Of a stretch of 64,000 nucleotides of DNA, positions 45,957 through 53,844 are shown piece by piece. Every line of letters starts with the position of its first letter. Within the stretch, counting starts at the first letter, position 1. The translations under genes and the position numbers were made by a program. This DNA is from Kiritimatiellia bacterium (lineage in GTDB: Bacteria; Verrucomicrobiota; Kiritimatiellia; CAIQIC01; Lenti-01): the NCBI GenBank assembly GCA_040768005.1, contig JAXGNL010000008.1:5053-69052 (forward strand), written 5' to 3'. Below the pieces are notes generated by a model. The model was given only the letters and a program-made list of their open reading frames with translations. It was not told where the DNA came from and searched no databases.

Positions 45957-47740
45957 CAGTCCCGGCCGAATTTCCGGTTCAGCTCGCGCGTGCTGAACAG
46001 GATGACCGTCGGCTTGCCGCGGGGCGAGGTATAGGGCATTTCGGTGCGGGCCAGATCCCGAACCAGCGCGCGGAGTTCGGCATCGGTCAGTTGCCGCTGG
46101 AGCCCCACGGCCTGCCGGCCGGCGGCGGCGGCGATGGCCGGGCGGGCCCAGTCCCGGGCGGTGCCTTTGCCGCCCTGCATGAGGCCGTCGGCGATGTCCG
46201 ACAGCAGGCGGTCCGGGGCGGCCTCCGCCAGCCAGACGGGCAGCGCATCCACCAGAAACGTCCCGGAGCCGAATTCCGCCACGCCGAAGCCCATGGTTTT
46301 CAGCAGGTCCAGATGCTTGCGCAGGGCCTGGCCCTGGGCGGGCGAAGGCTGAATGGTCGCCGGCGGCAGCAGCCCCTGCGAAGGCACCGTGCCTTTTTCC
46401 ACGGCCCCCAGCAGGCGTTCATAAAGCACCCGTTCGTGGGCGGAGCGCGGATCCATCAGCACGAGGCCTTGGTCGGTTTCCAGGACGACATAGCCTTCCC
46501 CCACCCGCCCCAGCAGGCGGTAGCGGCCCCAAGGGCTCTTCGCGGTATCCTCGCCGGATTCCGGCGCCGGAGGGGGCGTCCAATCCAGGCGGGGCTGCAC
46601 CACCGCCGCCGGGGGCGGCGGCGCCGGGACGGACGAAATGGCCGGTTCGGCCGGCCGGCCGGGCGCATCCGGAGCGGTCGCGGGCCGCGCAGAACCGGTC
46701 GCCGGCTCGCGGGTGCGGTCCGGCATGCGGTTTCCCGGCAGCTCCGGTCCGCTGATGGCCATTCGGATGGCCTCGATGACGACATCGCGCACTTCGGTGG
46801 GACGCCGGAACCGGACTTCCTTCTTGGCGGGGTGGACATTCACGTCCACCAGGTCCGGCGGCAGGGAAATCTGCAGAAACAGCGGTGCAAACCGTCCGCC
46901 GGCCAGTACGCTGCGGTAGGCGCTTTGCACGGCGAAATTGAGCACGGGCGACCCGGACGGCCGGCCGTTGATGAACATGACCTGCCACTCGCGATCGAGA
47001 CGGCTGAAGGGCGGCACGCCGGCAAAGCCGCCGATCTCCACCACTCCGTTGCCGAACTGCATCGGCCGCAGATGGGCGGCGACCTCTTCGCCGTAGAGGT
47101 CGCGGATCCGCTCCAGCAGGTCCCGGGCCGCCGGCAGGTTGTACACCTCTTCGTCGTCGGCGCGCAGCACAAAAGCCACCCCGGTGTTGGCCAGCGCCTC
47201 CAGCAGGAACGCCTGGCGCACATGGGTGAATTCCGTCTGGGCCGTGCGCATGAATTTGCGGCGGGCCGGCACATTGAAAAACAGATTGCGCACGGCGATT
47301 TCGGTCCCCGGCGGCACGCCGGCATCGCGCACGTCCTGGATTTTTCCGCCGAAGACCAGGATTTCCGTGCCGGCCGCGGAGCCCGCCCGGTTGGTGGCCA
47401 GGGTGAACTGCGAGACGGCGGAGATGGCCGCCAGGGCTTCCCCGCGAAAGCCCATGGTGGCAATGGAGTCCAGATCCTTCAGCTCGCGGAGCTTGCTGGT
47501 GGCATGGCGTTCGATGGACAGCAGGGCGTTGTCGCGGTCCATGCCGGCGCCGTTGTCGCACACCCGGACCAGGCGCCGGCCGCCGTCCACCACTTCGACT
47601 TCGATCCGGGAGGCGCCGGCATCCAGGGAATTCTCGACCAGCTCCTTCAGCACCGAGGCCGGACGCTCCACGACCTCGCCCGCGGCGATCTGGTTGATCA
47701 CCGCGTCAGACAGCACCCGGATGACAGACGGCTCGGACAT
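45956..47740 (-). CDS. mutL: DNA mismatch repair protein MutL
   Basis: NQIAAGEVVERPASVLKELVENSLDAGA, RHATSK, MGFRGEALA, DVNVHPAKKEVRF, DPRSAHER and SPRGKP. Confidence 0.96.
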   Translation of the reverse strand: MSEPSVIRVLSDAVINQIAAGEVVERPASVLKELVENSLDAGASRIEVEVVDGGRRLVRVCDNGAGMDRDNALLSIERHATSKLRELKDLDSIATMGFRGEALAAISAVSQFTLATNRAGSAAGTEILVFGGKIQDVRDAGVPPGTEIAVRNLFFNVPARRKFMRTAQTEFTHVRQAFLLEALANTGVAFVLRADDEEVYNLPAARDLLERIRDLYGEEVAAHLRPMQFGNGVVEIGGFAGVPPFSRLDREWQVMFINGRPSGSPVLNFAVQSAYRSVLAGGRFAPLFLQISLPPDLVDVNVHPAKKEVRFRRPTEVRDVVIEAIRMAISGPELPGNRMPDRTREPATGSARPATAPDAPGRPAEPAISSVPAPPPPAAVVQPRLDWTPPPAPESGEDTAKSPWGRYRLLGRVGEGYVVLETDQGLVLMDPRSAHERVLYERLLGAVEKGTVPSQGLLPPATIQPSPAQGQALRKHLDLLKTMGFGVAEFGSGTFLVDALPVWLAEAAPDRLLSDIADGLMQGGKGTARDWARPAIAAAAGRQAVGLQRQLTDAELRALVRDLARTEMPYTSPRGKPTVILFSTRELNRKFGRD

Positions 47741-47948
47741 GGGGATTGGTTGTACCAGACCCGGACCGGAAACAGGAGACCTTTTTCAGGGGACGGACGA
47801 TCGGGGACGCATCTGCGATTCGATGCATTCTGGGGGTCATATGGAACGTAGGCGCGCAGTGCCGGAGTCGAAATCACTTGTCCCGCCGCCGCGGAATCTC
47901 AGCTTCGTCCCAAACACCCTGCCTGCGGGATCAAGCCCAGCCCCCCCC

Positions 47949-48045
47949 CCGGTCATGTCGAGCGAAGTCGAGACATCTCAGCCCTACCCCGACGGCCCGC
48001 CTGCGGGACAAAGCTCAGATCCCTCGACTACGCTCGGGATGACAG
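47949..48045 (+). repeat. REP-like element A (GTCA-tagged palindromic arms)
   Basis: CCGGTCATGTCGAGCGAAGTCGAGACATCTC ... AGATCCCTCGACTACGCTCGGGATGACAG. An inverted copy lies at 58910-58994. Confidence 0.85.
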
Positions 48046-48155
48046 CCCCCCCCTTCAAAACGTCCCCACGCATCTTATAATCTCCTGATCCAGCCGGGTC
48101 ATCGCCCCGGCCTACAACGGATCCCGGCTGTGCTGTGGCCCAGGGCGCCGACCCG

Positions 48156-48219
48156 GGCTCCTGTCGCGTTCGGGTGGACGGATCCGCGCGGGACGGGAGC
48201 CCCGCGCTACGAGGGCCAA
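48156..48219 (+). repeat. REP-like element B (GTAG-tagged on the minus strand)
   Basis: GGCTCCTG...GGATCCGCGCGGGACGGGAGCCCGCGCTACGAGGGCCAAT. A degenerate inverted copy lies at 58817-58881. Confidence 0.75.
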
Positions 48220-48259
48220 TTCCGGCGACACTTACCCGCAGATGCGCCCGGCCGGAGGC

Positions 48260-49732
48260 CTACAGCACCTGGATCGGAATGTCGTCGGAGGATTCCACGA
48301 CGATCTGCTGCTCCTCGACCGGGAGAAAGGTCGGGAGCAGGCGGTAATACACCTGCAGCGTCAGGGCGGCCAGCGTGGTGGAATAGACCGGGTGATAGTT
48401 TTCGCGGCCCGTGATGCCGGAGCGCAGGGCCAGGCCGGCGGACACCCAGCTGCCGTCTTCGTTCTGGCTGCGGATGAATTCGGGGGCGAATTCGTTGTTC
48501 CACTTCTGCCAGCTGCCGCCGCCCTGGTGGAATTTGGCCTGGGAGATGTAATACCACGCATACATGGGCCAGGCCGGCGGATTGCGCCAGTCGCAGCGGG
48601 CCGCATGCAGGGCGTCGAGACCGCGGCGCACCGCCGGGGAGCGGTGATGCCCGGTCAATTGCAGGCCCAGCACGGCCACCGCCGTGATGGAATCGGTGAA
48701 GTGGCTGCTCCCATCGGTGTAGGCAAACCGCCCGTCGTCGCGCTGGCTGGATTTGAAGTCCGCGGCGGCGAGATCCATGGCGTTCTTGAGGCCGGGATTG
48801 CCGGCGCCGGCGATGAACGCGGCTTTCATGGCCTGCATGCACCAGCCGCCCAGCGAGGTGTCCCGGCGGCCGCCCTTGGCGAAGCGGTAGTCGAATCCGC
48901 CGCCGGCCTGCTGTCCGTCCAGCAGAACCTGCACGCCCTTTTCCATGGCGGGGCGCAGCGCCGGGATGCGCGTCATGCCGTAGGCTTCGCTGACGGCATA
49001 GACGCAGATGGCCTGGGAATAGGTCCCGCCGGTGGTGTCGGTGCGCGCGAACTCGCCGGCCTCGTTCTGCCGCGCCAGCAGATAGCGCAGGGCACGCGAA
49101 ACCGTTTGCCCGTAATTCCTCGACGCCGTGGTTTCCCCATGGGCCAGAAACGTCAGGATGCCGAGCCCGGCATAGGCTTCCCGGTCCTGGGTGCCCCACG
49201 AACCGTCCGGATTCTGGTTGAGGCGCAGCCACTCCAGGGCGCGCCGGACCGCCGCCTCGGCGTGCCGCCAATGCGGGCCGCCGTAGCGTTCGCCGGCGGC
49301 GGCATGGCCCCCCGCTCCGAGGCGGGATTGCAGGGGCGCGGCTGCCAGGTTGGGCATGATCAGCGAACTGGGCACCTGTTCGATGGCCAGCGCCTCCAGC
49401 GTGCGCGGCACGGGATCCGGCAGGGAGAAATCGTACACTTCGGGCTCAAGGGTGAATTCCGGCCGGACATCGGCCGTTTGGATGAAGGTCGGCTCCGGCT
49501 CAAACGGCGTATCCTGGGCCAACGGTTCGATGTCCGGCGGCGGCAGGTCCACATCGGGTTCCTTCACCTCCAGATAGGTCACCTCGATGACGGGCGGCTC
49601 CGGGGGTTCCTTGGCGAAATCGATCAGAAACAGCAGCGCCAGGATCAGCGCGACATGCAGGCAAATCGAGCCGGAAGGCCCCGCCAGCCACTCCGCGATG
49701 TTCCGGTGCAGGGCTTGAATGGACTTGTCCAT
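48260..49732 (-). CDS. Membrane-anchored prenyltransferase/squalene-cyclase-repeat protein, paralog 2 (TonB-like N-terminus)
   Basis: TM GSICLHVALILALL (S-x3-H), Pro/Glu linker, and QW-type repeats QNPDGSWG, QQAGGGF and QNEDGSW. Start trimmed to MDKSIQ. Confidence 0.8.
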   Translation of the reverse strand: MDKSIQALHRNIAEWLAGPSGSICLHVALILALLFLIDFAKEPPEPPVIEVTYLEVKEPDVDLPPPDIEPLAQDTPFEPEPTFIQTADVRPEFTLEPEVYDFSLPDPVPRTLEALAIEQVPSSLIMPNLAAAPLQSRLGAGGHAAAGERYGGPHWRHAEAAVRRALEWLRLNQNPDGSWGTQDREAYAGLGILTFLAHGETTASRNYGQTVSRALRYLLARQNEAGEFARTDTTGGTYSQAICVYAVSEAYGMTRIPALRPAMEKGVQVLLDGQQAGGGFDYRFAKGGRRDTSLGGWCMQAMKAAFIAGAGNPGLKNAMDLAAADFKSSQRDDGRFAYTDGSSHFTDSITAVAVLGLQLTGHHRSPAVRRGLDALHAARCDWRNPPAWPMYAWYYISQAKFHQGGGSWQKWNNEFAPEFIRSQNEDGSWVSAGLALRSGITGRENYHPVYSTTLAALTLQVYYRLLPTFLPVEEQQIVVESSDDIPIQVL

Positions 49733-49807
49733 GACCGCCTCCTTGTTCCATTCGACAGGATACCCCGGTCTCCCGCCGATGTCCACCCCCGCCGGAGACG
49801 CCCGGCC

Positions 49808-51310
49808 TCAGAGGATTTCGATCGTGATATCGTCCTCGGAGGTCTGGTCAATGACCTTGTCTTCGATGGGCTGGTAGGTCGGCAGGAACCGGTAATACAC
49901 CTGAAGAGAGAGCGCGGCCAGCGTGGTGGCATAGACCTTGGTATTGATTTCCTCGCCGCGGAATTCGCGTTCCACGCCGTCGCCGGTCAGCGCCAGGCCG
50001 GGCGACAGCCAGCTGCCGTCCTCGTTCTGGTTGCGGATGAGGGTCGGGGCGCATTTTTCGTTCCAGGACGACCAGGCGGGGCCGCCCTGATGGAAGCGGG
50101 CCTGGGTGACATAATACCAGGCGTAGAGGGGGGCCTGGGGCGGGCGCGACCAGCTGGCATCGGCGTCGCGCAGGAATTGCAGCCCCTGGCGGGTGGCGGC
50201 CTCGCTGCCGTATCCCAGCAGCTGCAGGGAGAGCACGGCGGCGCCGGTGATGTTGGGCTGGCGGCCGGGATTGGAATTGGAATACGGAAAACTGCCGTCT
50301 TCCTTCTGCTTGCTCATGATGAACCGGGCGGCCTTGTCCATTCCGTCCTTGAGGCCGGGGTTCTCCGCGCCGGCGATGTAGGCGGCCTTGAGAGCCTGGG
50401 CGCAGAAGGCGGCCAGGGAGATGTCCCACTGCCCGTAGCCCTTGGAGCCGTCATACGCATACATCTGCCAGCCGCCGTGATCGTAGTGCTTCTGGGCGTC
50501 CAGCAGCACCTGGACCGCCTTCTCCATGACCGGCTTGATGGACGGGATGCGCGTCATGCCGTAGGCCTCGCTGATGCCGTAGGTGGCGATGGCGTGGGCA
50601 TAGCACTTGGGGGCGCCGGTGAACGGCGGCGCAATGAAGCCGCCTTTGTCGTTCTGGCGCGAAATCAGGTAGCGAATCGCCTTTTCGACCGTTTCCCCGT
50701 ATTTCTCCGACGCCGTGGTTTCGCCGTGGGCCAGATAGGTCAGCAGGGCCAGACCGGTGTAGCCTTCCTTGTCCGGAGAGACGGTGCCCCACGATCCGTC
50801 GGGATTCTGGTTGATGCGCAGCCACTCCAGGGCGCGCAGCACGGCGGCCTCGGCGTACTGCCCCCACTTGCCGCCGTAGGCGCCGATCGCCGCCTGGCGC
50901 CCCGCCCCGCTGCGGTTCTTCATGTTGCCGGGTGAGAGATTCTTCATGATGATCGGGCTGAGGGCGTCCGACGCGATGTCCAGTTCGGTCACCGTGTCCA
51001 TGACGGGCGCCGCCGCGAAATCCTGGACGTCCGGAGGCGGGGTCATGTCCATGTCCACGTCCGGCGGCGTGATGGTTTCGACCAGATCCGGCAGCTCCTC
51101 GGGGGGCTTCAGATCCTCCAGCAGATCATCGAGCTGCTGTTCGTCCACCTCGATCACCTTGACCTCGATCTCGGGGGTCTCCTCTTTCGTGGCCAGATTG
51201 ACCAGGAACAGCAGCGCCAGGATCAGGGCGACGTGGATGACGACGGATCCGGTCGGACCGGCCAGCCATTCGAAAATGTTTTTATGCAGCGATCTGAGTG
51301 ATGCATCCAT
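49808..51310 (-). CDS. Membrane-anchored prenyltransferase/squalene-cyclase-repeat protein, paralog 1 (TonB-like N-terminus)
   Basis: TM GSVVIHVALILALL (S-x3-H), Pro/Asp linker, and repeats QNPDGSWG, QKEDGSF and QNEDGSW. Confidence 0.82.
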   Translation of the reverse strand: MDASLRSLHKNIFEWLAGPTGSVVIHVALILALLFLVNLATKEETPEIEVKVIEVDEQQLDDLLEDLKPPEELPDLVETITPPDVDMDMTPPPDVQDFAAAPVMDTVTELDIASDALSPIIMKNLSPGNMKNRSGAGRQAAIGAYGGKWGQYAEAAVLRALEWLRINQNPDGSWGTVSPDKEGYTGLALLTYLAHGETTASEKYGETVEKAIRYLISRQNDKGGFIAPPFTGAPKCYAHAIATYGISEAYGMTRIPSIKPVMEKAVQVLLDAQKHYDHGGWQMYAYDGSKGYGQWDISLAAFCAQALKAAYIAGAENPGLKDGMDKAARFIMSKQKEDGSFPYSNSNPGRQPNITGAAVLSLQLLGYGSEAATRQGLQFLRDADASWSRPPQAPLYAWYYVTQARFHQGGPAWSSWNEKCAPTLIRNQNEDGSWLSPGLALTGDGVEREFRGEEINTKVYATTLAALSLQVYYRFLPTYQPIEDKVIDQTSEDDITIEIL

Positions 51311-51329
51311 GGGGATCTCCGTTCACAAG

Positions 51330-51743
51330 CTAGTTCGATGCGCTGACCACCGAGAGGCTCCTCAATCCGTTCTTGGCGCACAGGTCCAGCGCGTGGATCA
51401 GCTTGCCGTGCTCCGCCACCGCCGACACCGTGATCATGATCGTCTGGCTGGCGTCCACCGCCGCCAGCCGGCCCAGCGCCTTCTCCAGCGCCTCGAGGCT
51501 GACCGGGTTGTCATTGATCGAATACCCGTCCTGATAGACCCCGATGCGCACCATCTGGGGCTCCGGCGCATCTTGCGGTTTGTCCTTGTCGGGCGCCGGC
51601 CGGAAGACGTCGAGGTTGGTGATGACATCAATCGGCTTGATCGTCACGATGAAGTAGATCAGCAGCTGGAACACGACGTCAATCATCGGCGTCATGGACA
51701 GCTCGGGAGGCGGGGGCTCCGGGCGTTTGCGTTTTCGGGCCAT
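51330..51743 (-). CDS. exbD: ExbD/TolR family protein (second copy)
   Basis: LSMTPMIDVVFQLLIYFIV with the conserved TM Asp. Confidence 0.9.
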   Translation of the reverse strand: MARKRKRPEPPPPELSMTPMIDVVFQLLIYFIVTIKPIDVITNLDVFRPAPDKDKPQDAPEPQMVRIGVYQDGYSINDNPVSLEALEKALGRLAAVDASQTIMITVSAVAEHGKLIHALDLCAKNGLRSLSVVSASN

Positions 51744-51762
51744 GGGAAACTCCTCTTCTGGG

Positions 51763-52176
51763 CTAGGACGCTTTTTCCTTCAGCGCGGCGAAGCGGATCT
51801 TCCACAGGCCCACGCTGCCGGCGATGTCCATCACGCGCTTGATCTGTTCATGCTTGGTCAGGGTATCGCCGCGGATGACCAGCGGCGTGCTCTGACCCGA
51901 CGTCTTGACGGCATTGTACAGAACCGTTTTGAGCTGCGCCTCGTTCAGGCGGGTGTGCGCAACGGAGATGATTCCCTCGCTGTCCACGTCCACGACCACG
52001 GTGCGGGGATCCTTGACCTCCTCGACCGGTCCGTGGGGCGACATGGCCATGCGGACCTGGGTTTGCAGGGCCTTCTGGTCCATGTCCACGGTGGTGATGA
52101 AAAAGATGATCAGCTGGAACACGACGTCGATCATCGGCGTCATGTCCAGCTGGGCATCCGGATGGTTCTTTTTCAT
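51763..52176 (-). CDS. exbD: ExbD/TolR family protein (first copy)
   Basis: LDMTPMIDVVFQLIIFFI and LVIRGD...VMD. Confidence 0.9.
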   Translation of the reverse strand: MKKNHPDAQLDMTPMIDVVFQLIIFFITTVDMDQKALQTQVRMAMSPHGPVEEVKDPRTVVVDVDSEGIISVAHTRLNEAQLKTVLYNAVKTSGQSTPLVIRGDTLTKHEQIKRVMDIAGSVGLWKIRFAALKEKAS

Positions 52177-52203
52177 GGGCGCCTCCCGGCCGGCCTCGGG
52201 GGC

Positions 52204-52983
52204 CTATTCCTCCACGACTTCCACGTTGCGCAGGGCCTTGATCAGATCCATGGTCAGCCCTTCCATGCTCAGGATGATGCGGGAGAGCCGGTTCTTGAAG
52301 TAGGTGTAGAACGACACCGCGGGGATGGCGATGCACAGACCGGCGGCGGTGGTCCAGAGGGCCTGGGCGATGTTCATGGCCAGCAGGGACTGCTGGGCGG
52401 CGCCGGCCTGGCTTGTGGCGAGGTTGGCGAACGCCGCGATCATGCCCTGGACCGTTCCGAGCAGCCCGAGCATCGGGGCGATGCTGCCGCACATGTTCAG
52501 GTAGGACACGCGCTGCATCAGCTTTTCGCTTTCGAGATCGGCGGCGGACGCGACCTGTTCCTGAATGACTTCGAAGCCTTCCTTCACGTTGCGGAAGCCC
52601 GCCATCAGGATGGCGCTGAGGACGCCCGGCTCCTGCTCGCAGCGCTGCATGGCCTTCATCACGTCGCCCTGTTCCATCGCCTCGCGCACGTCGTTGACCA
52701 GCGAATCGGGGATGATCTTCTTGGGGTTGACGGTGATGGAGAAGTCAATGGCCAGCCAGGCCGCCGCCACGGAGCAGCCCAGCAGGGCCGTCCACAGAAT
52801 GATGCCCAGCCATCCGGACCCGGCGATGATGGACCACAGGCCCATGCCGCCGCCGTCATCCGCCGCGGCATCGGCCGCCACGGCCTCATCCATGACCATT
52901 TCCTGGGCCCAGCCAACCGCCGGCAGCAGCACCAGGGCGGCCAACACCACCATCCAAATCACCACTAGAGATTTCTTGGACAT
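52204..52983 (-). CDS. exbB: MotA/TolQ/ExbB proton channel protein with N-terminal signal peptide
   Basis: IAPMLGLLGTVQGMIAAF and IAQALWTTAAGLCIAIPA, with a cleavable-looking AVGWA signal. Confidence 0.92.
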   Translation of the reverse strand: MSKKSLVVIWMVVLAALVLLPAVGWAQEMVMDEAVAADAAADDGGGMGLWSIIAGSGWLGIILWTALLGCSVAAAWLAIDFSITVNPKKIIPDSLVNDVREAMEQGDVMKAMQRCEQEPGVLSAILMAGFRNVKEGFEVIQEQVASAADLESEKLMQRVSYLNMCGSIAPMLGLLGTVQGMIAAFANLATSQAGAAQQSLLAMNIAQALWTTAAGLCIAIPAVSFYTYFKNRLSRIILSMEGLTMDLIKALRNVEVVEE

Positions 52984-53022
52984 GTCGTTTTCTCCTTGCT
53001 CGTTTTCTACATCGGTTCGGGG

Positions 53023-53817
53023 CTACAGCTTGGCCTGGGCCTGGGCGGCCTGGGGCGCGGACGGAAACTTCTCCACCAGCCGCCGGTACAGATCCTTGGC
53101 GCGCGGATCGCGCAGGGCTTCCAGGGCCTGGGCGGCCTTGAGATGGGCTTCGCCCTGGATGGCCGGATCCTTGACGTCGATGAACAGGATGGCGGTGCGC
53201 AGGAAGTCCAGCGCGGCCTGTTCCAGGTTGTTCTGGGCCACCTGAATGTCGCCGCGCATGATCTGGGCCCGGGCGGCATCCGGCCGGCTGCCGGAGGCGG
53301 CCACGGCATCCAGTTCGCGGACCAGCGCCGGGTACTGCTTGGCGGCCAGCATGGCCTGGCGCATGCCCCAGGCGGCGTCCGCATTGGTCTTTTTCAGGTC
53401 GGGGGCCAGCGCGAACAGCTTGTTGTAGGCCGCCACCGCCCCCTCGGCGTCGCCCTTGGCCAGGAGCGCCTGCGGCAGGAGCTTCGATGCCTCGATGTCC
53501 CAGTTCAGGAGCCGGTAGTCCGTGATGATCTTGCCCAGCAGCTTGATCGCGTTGTCGTGCTTGCCGGCCCGCAGGGCCTCCACGGCCTGGTCGAATTCGG
53601 CCGGCTTGTCGGCCACCGCCTGCACGTAGCTGCCTTTGGGAAAGGTCTGGATGCCTTTGAGGGTCGTCAGGTTGATGTCGCCGTTCTGGAGGGCGCGGAT
53701 TGCCGTGCCATCCACGCGCCGGCCGTTCTTCAGCACGACATAGGGAGCCGCGAAGGCCTCGCCGACGGCCAGAGCCGCCGCCAACCCGATCCAAGCAAGT
53801 GTCTGTTTCGTCATCAT
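53023..53817 (-). CDS. Secreted TPR-like protein with a small N-terminal beta domain
   Basis: Signal peptide ending EAFA, VVLKNGRRVDG, and helical repeats ending YRRLVEKFPSAPQAAQA (CpoB/BamD-like ending). Confidence 0.75.
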   Translation of the reverse strand: MMTKQTLAWIGLAAALAVGEAFAAPYVVLKNGRRVDGTAIRALQNGDINLTTLKGIQTFPKGSYVQAVADKPAEFDQAVEALRAGKHDNAIKLLGKIITDYRLLNWDIEASKLLPQALLAKGDAEGAVAAYNKLFALAPDLKKTNADAAWGMRQAMLAAKQYPALVRELDAVAASGSRPDAARAQIMRGDIQVAQNNLEQAALDFLRTAILFIDVKDPAIQGEAHLKAAQALEALRDPRAKDLYRRLVEKFPSAPQAAQAQAKL

Positions 53818-53844
53818 GGCTGTTCTTCTCCCTTGTCTACATTC

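Noticed and set aside
48260-51310. Calling the paralogs squalene-hopene cyclases or alpha-2-macroglobulin
   Set aside because: They have only one barrel's worth of repeats, and I see no DxDD catalytic motif or CGEQ thioester motif.
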